Source: an uncultured Acidobacteriaceae bacterium (lineage in GTDB: Bacteria; Acidobacteriota; Terriglobia; Terriglobales; Acidobacteriaceae). From it: a stretch of DNA of 64,000 nucleotides. The position numbers and the translations under genes are program-made. Below are positions 20,972-33,011 of the stretch, one piece after another (within the stretch, counting starts at the first letter, position 1; each line of letters opens with the position of its first letter). The stretch spans positions 2,206-66,205 of the forward strand of contig CAVZGS010000008.1 in the NCBI GenBank assembly GCA_963774835.1, in the 5' to 3' direction. The notes beneath the pieces are model-generated. The model made no database searches and was not told the origin of the DNA. It worked only from the letters and a program-made list of their open reading frames with translations.

Positions 20972-22633
20972 ATGGCCACAGCCGAGCGCCCCGTTCAGAA
21001 CACCGTTTCCGCAGAAAAGCCCGACAGTCACCAGCGCAACCTTGCAGAGCTGGCGGCCCGTCATGCCATCGCCGAAGAGGGTGGTGGGGCGGAGAGACGG
21101 GAGAGAGAGCGCAAGGCGGGAAAGCTTTCGGCGCGGGAGCGGATCGATTTTCTTCTGGATGAGGGTACGTTTGAGGAGACGGACAAGTTTGTTACGCATC
21201 GGGCGACAGACTTTGGCATGGCGGAGCAGCGCGTTCCCGGGGACGGGTTCATCACGGGATATGGGCGAGTGCATGGGCGCGTGGTGTTCTGTTTCGCGCA
21301 GGACTTTACCGTGTTTGGCGGATCGCTGTCGGAGGCGAACGCTGCCAAGATCGTGAAGATCATGGACATGGCGATGCGGGTGGGCGCGCCTGTGGTCGGG
21401 TTGAACGATTCGGGCGGAGCGCGGATACAGGAGGGCGTGGTTTCGCTGGCGGGGTATACGGACATTTTTTTGCGCAATACGCTGGCGAGCGGAGTGGTGC
21501 CACAGATCTCTGCGATTATGGGGCCGTGCGCTGGCGGTGCGGTGTATTCGCCGGCAATTACGGACTTCACTGTGATGACGGAGAAGACCAGTTACATGTT
21601 CGTCACCGGGCCGGACGTCATCAAGACGGTGACGCATGAGGACGTGACGAAAGATGCTCTGGGCGGAGCGGTGACGCACAATGAGATCTCCGGCGTGGCG
21701 CACTTTATGGCGCATGATGACCAGGAGTGCCTGGCAACGGTGCGCGAGTTGCTGAGTTTTCTGCCTTCGAATAATCTTGATAGTTCGCCGCGGAAGGCCA
21801 CGCAGGACGATCCCACCCGCGCCGATGTTGCGTTAGACACGATTATTCCGACGGAGAGCAACCAGCCGTATGACATGGTTGATGTGATCGCGCGCGTGGT
21901 GGACGATGGATATTTCTTTCAAGTGCAGGAGCACTTTGCGCGAAACATTGTGGTTGGCTTTGCTCGCATGGCGGGCCGTACGGTGGGGATTGTGGCGAAC
22001 CAGCCGGCGTTTCTCGCTGGAGTGCTGGACATCAACGCAAGTGTGAAGGGTGCGCGGTTTGTGCGGTTTTGCGATGCGTTCAATATTCCGTTGATTACGT
22101 TTGAAGATGTGCCGGGATTTATGCCGGGGATACAGCAGGAGCATGGGGGCATCATTCGACATGGCGCGAAGCTGCTGTATGCGTTTGCCGAGGCGACGGT
22201 GCCGAAGCTGACGGTGATTACGCGCAAGGCCTATGGCGGGGCGTATTGCGTGATGAGTTCAAAGCATCTGCGTACGGATCTAAATTTGGCGTGGCCGACG
22301 GCAGAGATCGCCGTGATGGGGCCGGAGGGTGCGGTAAACATCGTCTATAAGCGCGAGTTGGATGTCATGATGCGGCAAGCCGAGGCGATGTGGCCGCAGG
22401 GCAAAGCGTTTACGGAAGAGGAGAAGCTGGCTGTGCTGGCGGAGGCGCGCAAGGAGAAGGTGGAGGAGTTTCGGGAGCGGTTTGCGAATCCGTATGTTGC
22501 AGCCGAGCGGGGGTATATCGACGCTGTCATTCGGCCCAGCGAGACGCGGCGGAGGCTGAACTCTGCGCTGGATATGCTGGCGACGAAGCGGGAAAAAAAT
22601 CCTGCCAAGAAACATGGAAATATTCCGCTATAG
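20972..22633 (+). CDS. Acyl-CoA carboxylase carboxyltransferase subunit (PccB-like)
   Basis: [45 protein letters not shown]. Confidence 0.93.
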   Translation: MATAERPVQNTVSAEKPDSHQRNLAELAARHAIAEEGGGAERRERERKAGKLSARERIDFLLDEGTFEETDKFVTHRATDFGMAEQRVPGDGFITGYGRVHGRVVFCFAQDFTVFGGSLSEANAAKIVKIMDMAMRVGAPVVGLNDSGGARIQEGVVSLAGYTDIFLRNTLASGVVPQISAIMGPCAGGAVYSPAITDFTVMTEKTSYMFVTGPDVIKTVTHEDVTKDALGGAVTHNEISGVAHFMAHDDQECLATVRELLSFLPSNNLDSSPRKATQDDPTRADVALDTIIPTESNQPYDMVDVIARVVDDGYFFQVQEHFARNIVVGFARMAGRTVGIVANQPAFLAGVLDINASVKGARFVRFCDAFNIPLITFEDVPGFMPGIQQEHGGIIRHGAKLLYAFAEATVPKLTVITRKAYGGAYCVMSSKHLRTDLNLAWPTAEIAVMGPEGAVNIVYKRELDVMMRQAEAMWPQGKAFTEEEKLAVLAEARKEKVEEFRERFANPYVAAERGYIDAVIRPSETRRRLNSALDMLATKREKNPAKKHGNIPL

Positions 22634-22808
22634 CGCCTGTTGGGACTGTCTCTGGCTTCAACGCGTCCTGCGTTCATTGCTGAAGAACATCTGCGACCGG
22701 CAGCAAGAATGACGCGTACTTAACAGTTTGCTGCAGCTTCTTGTTTCTGCAGCTGCATGCTACTATCGACGCATTCCTTTAGCCTCTTTCTTCAGGAGAT
22801 AGTCTCTG

Positions 22809-24172
22809 ATGAGTCCCTCTATTCGTCGATTTGCGCCTGCGTCTGTGATCGCTGGTGCTTTCGTGCTTTCTGTGGCAGGAACACTGGCTGGTGCTGCCCA
22901 AAGCTCGACCGCGCCCACCGATCTCGTTATCAAGAACGCGACTGTGATGACTGCCTCACACGGCACGATCCAGCACGGCAGCATTTGGTTGCATAACGGC
23001 AAGATCGCGGGGGTCGGCGCGACCGTGAGCGCTCCGGCGGGTGCGACCGTGGTCGATGCGACGGGCAAGTATGTGACGCCGGGAATTATCGACCCCCACT
23101 CGCATTCGGCGCTGGGGGACGATGTGAACGAGGCGACGAGCCCGATTACGCCGAGCATGATGATGATCGACGCCTTCGACAATCGGGACAAGGCGCTCTA
23201 CCTGGCACTGGCGGGCGGCGTGACCTCGGAGCTGCTGCTGCATGGGTCGGCCAACATGATCGGTGGACAGGCGGTGGTGATTAAGAACAAGTTTGGGTTG
23301 TCGCGGGAGGAGATGCTGTTTCCTAACGCGCCGCAATCGATCAAGTTTGCAAGCGGTGAGAACCCCAAGCGTGTTTATGGCACGAGGAACCAGTTGCCGT
23401 CGACTCGCATGGGCAACTTCGAGGTGATGCGGCAGTCGTTTGAGGACGCTAAGGTCTATCGCAGGGAATGGGACGCGTACAACGAGAAGGTGGCGAAGGG
23501 CGATAAGGACGCGCGGCCGCCGCATCGCGACCTGAAGCTGGAGGCGCTGGCGGACATTCTGCGGGGCAAGCTGCTGGTGCAGATCCACTGCTATCGGGCC
23601 GATGAGTTCCTGACCGAGGAGGCGATGGCGAAGGAGTACGGATACAAGATCCGCGCATTTCACCATGCGCTGGAGATGTATAAGGTCGGCGGCAAGATTG
23701 CCGCGGATGGAACCGGCAATCGCGACGTTCACGGACTGGTATGGCGGAAAGTATGAGATGTGGGACGGCATTCCGTGGAACGCGGTGATGTCGATGCGCG
23801 AGGGCGTTCGCGTGGCGCTGAAGAGCGACTCTAATGACCATATTCGCCGGCTGAACCAGGAGGCGGGCAAGATGGTTCACTATGGCGGAGCGACGGAGGA
23901 CGAGGCGATCACGATGGTGACGCTGAATCCGGCGTGGATCATGGGGATTGACGACAAGACCGGCTCGCTCGATGTGGGTAAGGACGGCGATGTCGTGATC
24001 TGGAACATGGACCCGCTTTCAACCTATGCGCGCGCAGAGAAGGTTTACATCGATGGCGATCTGTTCTTCGACAGCAGTTTGCCGGGATTTGGCACGACGC
24101 ACTTTACGGGCGTGATGCACGGCAGCGGGTTTGGCGCGGGTGAAGATGATGACGACGAGAGGAGAGAACTAA
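22809..24172 (+). CDS. Secreted amidohydrolase-family protein 1 (frameshifts)
   Basis: PGIIDPHSH, IHCYRAD, FHHA, KSD, TLNPA, GKDGD; TAATG junction with the next gene. Confidence 0.85.
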
Positions 24173-25549
24173 TGCTGAGGAACTTGTTTGTGGATAGATC
24201 TGCTGTGCTTTGGACGCTTTCGGTTTCGTTGATTTTCGGCCCCGCCACCTTGTTGGCGCAGGCGCCGATGGTGGACGTTACGCCTGCACCGGGGACGATT
24301 GCGATTACAGGTGGCAAGGTGCTGACGGTGTCGCATGGCGTGATCGAGAACGGTGTGGTGTTGATCGAAGGTGGGAAGATCTCGGGGGTTGGAACGGCAG
24401 CGTCGGTGAAGGTGCCTAAGGGCGCGACGATCGTGGATGCGAAGGGGATGACGGTCTATCCGGGGCTGATCGATTCGGAGACGCGGCTGGGGTTGTCGGA
24501 GATCGCTGCTGACCGGATGACGAATGATACGGTCGAGCCGAGCGATGAGATCTTTCCGCAGATGCATGTCTATGATGCGTTCCACGCGGAGAGCGAGCAT
24601 ATTCCGATCACTCGCTTCAACGGGATCACCAACGCGATCGTTGCGCCGGCCGATACGGACACGATCCCGGGGCAGGACAGCTTTATTCAGCTTGCCGGGC
24701 GCGACCGCGACTCGATGCTGATGGTGAAGGACGTGGCGCTGGCGATGAATTTTGGACAGGCCCCCAAGCGGGGTGCACGGGGTGAGGCGGCTGGGCCGGA
24801 ATGGGGGGCACTATCCTTCGACGCGCATGGGTGAGATTTCTCAGATGCGGCAGGCACTGATTGATGCGCAGGAGTATATGGCGCGGCGGGCGAGGCCAGC
24901 GGCCAGCGATGACAGTGCGGCGGCTCCAGCGGCTGGTGGTCGTGGCGCGGCGGGCTCGAACAGCCTGCGGAACGAGGCGCTGGTTCCTTATCTCAAGGGT
25001 GAGAAGCCGGTGGTGCTCGGTGTTTATGACGGGCATGATGTTGAGACGGCGATGGCGTTTGCCCAGGAGTTTCACCTGAAGGTGATTCTGAGCCATGTGA
25101 CTCGGGCACAGGACGTGCTGGACAAGATCGCCTCATACCACGTGCCGGTGATCGTTGGGCCGATCTTTGATCTGCCTGAGGCGAATGAGCGATATGACGC
25201 GGTCTACAGCCTGCCGGGCGAGTTGGCGAAGCGCGGCGTGAAGGTCATCCTCGCTTCGTACAACGTGAGCAACTCGCGCAACCTGCCTTATTCGGCCGGG
25301 TTTGCGGTGGCGTATGGGCTGCCGTATGACGAGGCGATGAAGTCGATCACGCTGAACGCGGCGGAGGCGTTTGGGTTGGGCGACAAGCTCGGCTCGCTCG
25401 ACGTGGGCAAGATCGCGAATGTCGTGATTGCGGACGGCGATCCGCTGGACGTGCGCACCAGCGTGAAGCAGGTTTACATCAACGGCGTCGCAGTTCCGAT
25501 GGAGACGCGGCAGACTCGGCTTCGGGACGAGTACTGGCCTAAGAAGTAA
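24172..25549 (+). CDS. Secreted amidohydrolase-family protein 2 (frameshift near 24790)
   Basis: YPGLIDSETRLG, YPSTRMG, ITLNAA, GSLDVGKIAN, DGDPL. Confidence 0.82.
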
Positions 25550-25615
25550 GTGCCTTTTCTGTGATGTGAACTGCCTTCCCCTTCGGGCCACGCGGGCCCC
25601 CCTATTGCCTGCACA

Positions 25616-26102
25616 TAAACTCCTTTAGATTCAATCGTTTGCGGGATGTGTTAGGTCTGCAAAATCGTCATAATAAAGGGGTTGCGGCCAAAGTATTCCA
25701 AACAAAAGAGTTAGCCCCGGAGGGCGTCCGGGGCTTCGCTCTTTCTCGATTTATATATCCAGTATAGCGGTTGGAAGGTAACTAAAATGCCACGCGGATG
25801 TTGTTGACAAGTAAAGGGTTAGATGGGTTATGGGCTTGACATGCGATTTTTGGGCGGAAAATCGTGAAAAATAAATGCAAAGGCAAGAACAACAGCAAAA
25901 ACAAAGGCAATTATTGGGTCGCTTCGCCCTTTGGGCTTCGCTCCGGCCTTCGGCAGAGCGGAAGCGCCTTTCGGCGCAGGGTTTACGGCCGGGCTGAAGC
26001 CCGGCCCTTCCGGTGTTGGTTCTTACGATCGATCGGGCTGAAGTTCGGCCCTTCCGGTGAGGTCGGTGATGGCTTTTACGATCGGCTGAAGCCGTGCCCT
26101 TT
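25616..26102. repeat. Composite intergenic repeat cluster
   Basis: Degenerate ~26-nt AT-rich units (25616, 25660, 25689, 25796), 9-bp hairpin 25713-25735, CAANNN hexamer run 25878-25910, three GGCTGAAG hairpin copies (25983, 26023, 26076). Confidence 0.7.
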
Positions 26103-26298
26103 TGATGCTTTCGGCATGGCCTCTTTTTTTGTATACCCCTTGGGGTCGTTGACGATCTCTACTGCTGTCGGGCGGCCCTGCGTCGTCTGCCGGAGAGAAG
26201 GTAGACATTTGCGCGGGGCTCGAAGAGCGGATCAGCGGAGGCTTCGATGCCGTCGACTCGCGCAAAAGGGCATGTTTTGCTGGAGCGGCCTCCAGACG

Positions 26299-27946
26299 TT
26301 AGTTTTCGGTTGGCTTTTCTTCGATGTGATCGATTACGAGCACTGGGGATGGGCGTCTTTGTTTCTCTAACTTCAAGCCCGAGCTGCCGATTGACCGCGT
26401 CGAATAGGGAGACGGCACCGCTTGGGTCGGATGCTGTCGATGCTGTTGATGAGCCGTCTGATGCCGGAGCTGGGCTACCCGCTGCACGGGTCTGGGTGAG
26501 ATCGGCGGAGCTGAAGCTCAGGGTGAAGTCCCATGAGCCTTTAATTCCAGTGCCGTCCAGGACCGGGCTGTAGATATATCCCGCTGCGACGCGCTGTAGC
26601 TCGTCGCCAATCTGCGCCATGGTCATGTTCTGGCAGGTTAGCAGACGGTTGAGGACTGGGTTCGCGATCCTTGGGTCCTTTCCGTCGGGGCCGGGGCCTT
26701 CTTTGCATTGGGTCCGACTAAGGGGATCTGCTCTTTTGAGCTTCGGGTTGACCGCGATGAGGGTGTAGGCGTTGACGGGCCGGTCTTCTATGTGGGTCTG
26801 CATGTTGAAGCGCTCGATCAAGATCGCGCGTAGCATCTGGCGAAGGTCTTCGATGGCTATGCGCGGGCCGTTTGGCCCGGCATCCATTTGAACGTCGCTG
26901 GAGACCTTTGCGAGGATGTCGAATTTGTCCGTGTCGAGCCATTTCGGCGCTCCGACGAGTTCCTCGGGATCGTTGGGGTTGAGGCCCCAGGCGAAGGTGA
27001 TCATGAACTTGAGGTTGGTGGCCTGAAGGTTGACCTGATCGCCGTTGATTCTGCCGCGTGACTCTGTGTCCGGTTTGCTCGGCTTGATCGTTACCACTTC
27101 AAATTGGGCCGGTGGCGGTGTGGGGAGGACTTTTTCGAGATCGGGCCGGTTGGGGGTTGGCTTCTGATTGACGCTGTCAACGATAAGAACGGGACGGGGT
27201 GCGGTCTGCAGGTCGAGCTTCAGTCCGAGTTGTTTGTCGACGGCATCGAAGATGGAGATGCCATCGGCGCCGGCTTTTGAGAGTTGGCCGCGGCCGGTCC
27301 ACTTGATGTCGAAGTCCCAGGCCCCCTTGAGGCCGGTGGAGTCGACCACGGGATTGGTCAGGTAGCCGCCGGCCCACTCGTGCAGGTCGTTCGCAAATGT
27401 CTCCATGGTTGTGTTGTGGCAGGAGAAGGCAATGTACGGGACGGTGCCGGGAGGGAGATCTTTCGGCGGCTCCTGAAACTGACAATCGGACTTGCCTGAG
27501 TCATCGGCTTCCTTGAGCTTCGGCTTGCCCTTTCCGACCGAGAGCACGTAGGCCAGCATCGGTGCGCTCCCGTTGTGAACGACGAGCTTGAATCTGTCGG
27601 CGAGGAGGGACCGAAGCATGAGTTTGATTGTGTCTTTCGAGGTCGTGGGTGGGGCCTTGGCGATGATGTCGAAGCGGTCGGTTTCGAGCCAGATGGGGCC
27701 TCCCTGCACGTTGCTCGGATCCAGGCCGTAGGCGGCGGCGATGAGGTCGACCATGGTCGCCTGGTGCACGATGTATCGGTCACCGCGAAGGGCGCCCCCG
27801 TCCATGAAGGGAAATCTGCGAGGCGGGGCCACGTGGACATCGGCGATCTCAAATGCGGCGGCGTCGGGCGGGGCTGCGGTGGGTTGGGCGCACAGCGGGC
27901 TGGAGAGAAGGGCGAAGAGAGCCATGCCGGCGAACGCTCGCATCAT
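26299..27946 (-). CDS. TIGR03435 family protein, two tandem domains (frameshift near 26375)
   Basis: FEIADVH/FEVVTIKPS, GGPIWLETDRFDI, LLADRFKL, VVDSTGLKG, QLGLKL, LVIDHIE features in two copies. Confidence 0.88.
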
Positions 27947-28078
27947 CTTCGAACCTCTGGTGAGATGTAGGACTAGACCGTAGAGCCGACAATGCTGTGG
28001 AAGTCGTGCCCAAGGATGGACGCTTCGATGCGGGCATTGTCACCATGCCTGCCGCTCTCCGTGGGGGACTTAACCAAG

Positions 28079-28104
28079 AAAAGCCCTGCTTCTGCAGGGC
28101 TTTT
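28079..28104 (-). terminator. rpmA terminator
   Basis: AAAAGCCCTGC-ttct-GCAGGGCTTTT. Confidence 0.8.
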
Positions 28105-28123
28105 GGGTGCAACTGAAGTCTGG

Positions 28124-28399
28124 TTAGACCGGGACTGAGGTGAGTTCGGCCGGGTCGACGTTGACGAAGCGGCCATGCTGGCCCTTGTTCTGGAAGCGGA
28201 CGATGCCGTCGACCTTGGCGAAGAGGGTATCGTCCTTGCCGCGGCCGACGTTGGCGCCGGGCTTGAGCGGTGTGCCGCGCTGACGGACGATGATGCCTCC
28301 ACCGAGGATCGTCTGACCGCCGAATACCTTGACGCCGAGCCGCTGGGCGTTTGAGTCGCGGCCGTTTTTAGAAGAACCTAAACCTTTTTTGTGTGCCAT
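28124..28399 (-). CDS. rpmA: 50S ribosomal protein L27
   Basis: [24 protein letters not shown]. Confidence 0.98.
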   Translation of the reverse strand: MAHKKGLGSSKNGRDSNAQRLGVKVFGGQTILGGGIIVRQRGTPLKPGANVGRGKDDTLFAKVDGIVRFQNKGQHGRFVNVDPAELTSVPV

Positions 28400-28475
28400 T
28401 CGATTGCCTCTTTCGCGCTGCCCTCAAGGGCCTTTGCGCTTATTGAATATTGAAAATCGCTTGCTGGAAGATTGC

Positions 28476-28811
28476 TTATTTCGCTGCTTCTTCCTTGAAG
28501 GACTTGCCTTTGACGATGATCTCGTTGATCTTGACCTCAACGAAGTTCTGGCGGTGTCCCTGCATCTTCTTGTACTGCTTCTTGCGCTTGAGCTTGAAGA
28601 CGAGGATCTTGTCGCCACGGCCTTCGCCGACGACTGACGCGAGCACCTTGGCTCCGGTGAGGTCAGACTCGAACTTGCCTGCTTCGCCGCTGACGGCGAG
28701 GACGTCGGAGAACTCGAGCTTGCCGTTCTCGTGGGCGGTGGTTTCGATCTTCAACTTCTCGCCTGGGGAGACCAGGTACTGCTTGCCGCCGGTGCGGATG
28801 ACTGCGTACAT
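28476..28811 (-). CDS. rplU: 50S ribosomal protein L21
   Basis: MYAVIRTGGKQY, GHRQ. Confidence 0.98.
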   Translation of the reverse strand: MYAVIRTGGKQYLVSPGEKLKIETTAHENGKLEFSDVLAVSGEAGKFESDLTGAKVLASVVGEGRGDKILVFKLKRKKQYKKMQGHRQNFVEVKINEIIVKGKSFKEEAAK

Positions 28812-28979
28812 GACTAAAACCTCAAGCGTGGCGCGGTAGAGCGCTGACCGCTTTCTTCCAATAGATTGTGCTGCAAGGGGCGTTGAATCGAACCGGCGGG
28901 AGCTGTGTAGAAGGCCCTGCCTGCGAGTCCCTGCAACCCTTGAGATAAAGACACAGGGGCTACAGCGCCAAACTTAATG

Positions 28980-29008
28980 AGTGTACCGTGTTCCGGGGGC
29001 GGGGTCAA
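28980..29008 (-). promoter_or_regulatory. Sigma70 promoter of rplU-rpmA
   Basis: TTGACC-N17-TACACT. Confidence 0.75.
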
Positions 29009-29120
29009 CGCTGGTTTAGGTGGGGTTCTGGCGGCTGGGTAAACAGCTAGAATTCGGGGCCCTTTGGGGTGTCTGCCCTGTTTTCCGTGACTTGCGGACG
29101 GGTCAATTAGTCTGGAAGGC

Positions 29121-29893
29121 ATGAAAATCGCGATTGTTACCGGGGCGGCGCAGGGGATTGGACGGAGGACGGCGGAGGTGCTGGCTGAGGCGGGGTATGG
29201 GTTGCTGCTGATGGACATGCAGCCTTGTACGGCGACGATGGCAGCTGTGCGCGGCGCGGGGGTGGAGGTCGAGGAAGTTCTGGGGGACTTGTCCGATGAG
29301 GCGGTGGTGCGGCGGGGCGTTGAGGTGGTGCGCGAGCGGTGGGGGCGGGTGGACGTGCTGGTGAATAACGCGGGGATCAGCTTTATCGCTCCGGCGGAGG
29401 CGGTGGAGGCGAAGAAGTTTATGCGGGTGCTGGAGGTGAACCTGCTAGCGCCGTTTCTGCTGATGAAGGGGTTTGGGGCGATGATGCTGGAGCAGAGGAG
29501 CGGGAGCATTGTGAATGTGGCTTCGATTGCAGGGTTGGTGGGGGTGTCGGACCGGTCGGCGTATAACGCTTCGAAGCACGGGTTGATTGGGCTGACGAGG
29601 ACGCTGGCGGCGGAGTGGGGCGGGCGTGGGGTGCGGGTGAATGCGGTGTGTCCGGGATGGGTGAAGACGGAGATGGATATTGTGGACCAGGCGGCGAGTG
29701 GTGCTTATAACGATGCGGACATTAAAGGGGTGAATCCGATGGGGCGGTTTGCAACGCCCGAGGACATTGCGCGGGCGATCCTTTTTCTGGCGAGCCGGAG
29801 CGGAGTGGGTTTGTGAATGGGGTGGCGCTGCCGGTGGATGGCGGCTGGACGAGGGATGGGAGCTGGCAGAGTTTGAGGATGAAGAAGCGGTAG
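29121..29893 (+). CDS. SDR family oxidoreductase (frameshift near 29795)
   Basis: TGAAQGIG, NNAG, YNASK, VCPGWV; VDGG in the shifted frame. Confidence 0.9.
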
Positions 29894-30002
29894 CCTTACC
29901 GGCTATCGATAAATTGCGGATTTCCAACGTTGACTGATAGTGGCTTCAAAAAAAAGCTCTGGGTGTGTCCGGGCAGATCGCAAATCATCATCTGGGTCTC
30001 TT

Positions 30003-31458
30003 ATGAATTCTCCGAATCTGCCGATTGTTGCCCCTCCCCTTCAAGTCCCATCTGAAGCGAGCAAGCGTTTGCTGCCGTGGCTGGTCGCGGTCGCGTTTTT
30101 TATGGAGTCGCTGGATACGACGATTCTTAATACAGCGGTCCCTGCGATTTCAGCGGCCCTTCACGTAACGCCTCTCAGCATGAAGGCGGTGCTGGCGAGC
30201 TATACGCTGAGCCTTGCGGTTTTTATTCCGATCAGCGGATGGGTGGCGGATCGGTTTGGAACGCGGCGGGTCTTTGCCACTGCAATCGGGTTGTTTACGC
30301 TTGGGTCGTTTCTCTGCGGCATTTCCACCAATATTGATGTGCTGGTTGCGTGCCGAATTTTGCAGGGCATGGGCGGGTCGATGATGGTGCCGGTGGGAAG
30401 GATGACCCTGGTGCGGACGTTCGCGAAGTCGGGCCTGCTTCGCGCGATGAGCTTTGTTTCGATACCCGCGCTGGTCGCCCCGATGCTTGGGCCGATCGCC
30501 GGCGGCCTGATCGTGGGCTATCTTCATTGGCGGTTCATCTTCTTTGTGAATATCCCGATCGGGCTGGCGGGACTGGTTCTGGTGTATCTGTATCTACCGG
30601 ATTATCGCGAAGAAGTGACGCATCCTCTGGATGTTGTGGGGCTGATTTTGTTTGGCTCGGGGATCGCGCTGCTGTCGTATGTGCTGGAGGTCTTTGGTGA
30701 GCATACGTTGGGCGTGCGCGAGATTTCGGGGCTGCTGGTGGTGTCGCTTACGCTGCTTGCGGGTTATTGGGTTCATGCAAAGACTCTTCGTTTCCGCTGC
30801 TGCAACTGAGCTTGTTCCGGATTCGCACCTTCCGCGCGGCGGTTGGCGGCGGCTTGTTCACGCGTCTGGGAATTGGTGGAGTGCCTTTTCTTCTGCCGCT
30901 TCTTTACCAGGTCGGTCTGGGGTTTACACCGATTCAGTCGGGGCTACTGATTATGCCGCAGGCGCTGGCGGCGATCAGCATGAATATGGTAATGCTTCGC
31001 CTTCTGGCGCGCTTCGGCTACCGTGGAGTGCTGATCACAAATACGATCATTATCGGTGTGCTGCTTCTTCTATTTGCGACGATTGGAGTCCATACGCCGA
31101 TTTGGGTGATTGTCGCGCTGGCGTTTTTTTACGGGGCTTTCACTTCGCTGCAGTACACGAGCATGAACACGCTGGTCTACGCGGATACGAACGAGGAGGA
31201 GACCAGCGCCGCAAGCTCGATTGCAGCACGATGCAGCAGATGGCGATCAGCTTCGGAGTTGCGACGGCGGGGTTGGCGACGGCATTTTTCATTCCGAGAA
31301 CAGGCTCAGCCGAATCCGGCTTTGATGATCGTTGGCCTTCACAAGGGGCTGTTTTCGCTGGGAATATTGACGATCCTCTCGACGATTGTCTTTGCAGTTT
31401 GAAGAGTGAGGACGGTAGGGCTGTAAGTCAGCAGAAGACTATTCATCCGGGCGGATGA
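30003..31458 (+). CDS. DHA2-family MFS transporter (frameshifts)
   Basis: FMESLDTTILNTA, GWVADRFGTR, FFVNIPIG. Confidence 0.88.
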
Positions 31459-31488
31459 TTGCGCCCTGTGCCTATCGGAGGCGAAGGC

Positions 31489-32935
31489 TTAGTGGAGTTT
31501 GTATGGTGTGGCGGGGGTGGGGACTGGGTCGGGGAGTTTGGGTGGGTCGATGGTGGCAGCGCCGGCAAGGCCGGCTCCGGTTACGTTGGCGATGCTGAGG
31601 AATGGGCCTTTGAAGCCGGAGACTTCGACTTTCTTGATGGTGGCGTTTTTGACGTTTGCGAGGAAGATGCCCTTGGCGCAGGTGCCGGTGACGTTTTCGA
31701 GGGAGAAGCCATCGAGAGGTTTTGCCGGGTGGATGCCGGTGCCGTCGACGAGGACAGGGACATCGGTGACGTGGATGTTGGAGAAGCGGAAGTTTTTGAT
31801 GGTGGGGATACCTTCGTCGCCGGGGACCGGATCTTCGCCCATGAGGCCGGAGTTGAGGATGTTGAAGCGCAGGAAGCCGCCGGCGGTGCCGGAGACTTCG
31901 AGGTTGGTGGCGGTGATGTCTTCGATGAAGGCGCCGCGGCCAGGGCGGGACTTGATGTAGATGGCGAAGGTCTTGGCGAGCGTGAACTTGCAGTCGCTGA
32001 TGCGGACGTTGCGGATGCCGCCGGAGGTTTCGCTGCCGATGCCGATGCAGGCGAAGATGGCGTCGGCGAAGGTGCAGTTGGTGATGGTGACGTCTTCGGT
32101 GGTGATGGCGGGGTTAATGCCGATTTGCGAGACGGCTTCGGCGCCGCGGCCGGATTTGAGGGAGATGCAGTCGTCGCCGGTGGCGATGTCGCAGTGGTCG
32201 ATGAGGACGTGCTGGCAGGAGTCGATGTCGATGCCGTCACCGTTGCCGCCGGTGGAGCGGATGGTGAGGTTTTTGATGGTGACGTTCTGGCAGAGCGTGG
32301 GGTGGAGGGACCACATGAGGTGGTAGCTGGTGGAGAAGTCTTCGAAGCGGAGGTTGGTGCAGTTGATGGGCTCGATGAGTGCCGGGTGGCGGAGGGGTGA
32401 GCCGGGGCGGGGACGGCCGCCGAGGGAGTCTGCGCCGATGATTTTGCCGGGGCCGACGATGCCGGTGTCGTGGGCGTCGAAGGCGTAGATGAGGGCCGTG
32501 TGGCCGGGGATCCAGCGGCCCTCCCAACGGACCTGGGTGACGGGGTAGTCGTCCATGTTGGCGGTGCCGGTGAGGACCGCGTCGGGTGCGAGGCGGAGGA
32601 GCGTTTGCGAGCGGAGTTGGAGGGCCCCGGTGAGGTAGTTGCCGGCGGGGACGAGGACTTCGCCGCCACCGAGGACGGCGCAGCGGTCGATGGTTTGCTG
32701 GATGGCTGCAGTGTCGTTGGTGGTGCTGTCGCCAAGGGCGCCGTAGTCGCGGACGTTGAGGGTGAGGGCTGGTTTGGCGGGGGCGGCCGGTTTGCGCTCA
32801 GGTTTCGCGGGTGATTGTGCCAGGAGTTCGGCGGGGGCGAAGTTGTTTAGGGCGGCGATGGCTGGGGCGGCGAGGAGGGACCGGCTTGAGGAAGCCGCGG
32901 CGAGCGGCGAGGTTGCTGGTGGAGCTATTCGACAT
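31489..32935 (-). CDS. Glycoside hydrolase family 28, Tat-exported (frameshift after the signal peptide)
   Basis: NGDGID, GDDCISLKSG, IGSE, YIKS; ATG at 32935 gives RRGFLK Tat motif. Confidence 0.88.
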
Positions 32936-33011
32936 GCGTTCCTGCTTTCGGAGGCGTTATCCAAGATATACGTTTGGGGGGTCGATAAGACCCACGACTT
33001 GAGGTGCAGCT

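Noticed and set aside
23665-24834. ORF fusing the two amidohydrolases
   Set aside because: A TAATG stop/start junction and a second signal peptide indicate two genes joined by an indel
25983-26102. Three spaced repeats as a CRISPR array
   Set aside because: Copies are degenerate, spacers are short and unequal (about 7 and 16 nt), and there are no cas genes; REP-like instead
25864-26370. 168-aa ORF with a K/N-rich start
   Set aside because: It is a translation of the hexamer and REP repeats and overlaps the TIGR03435 3' end on the opposite strand
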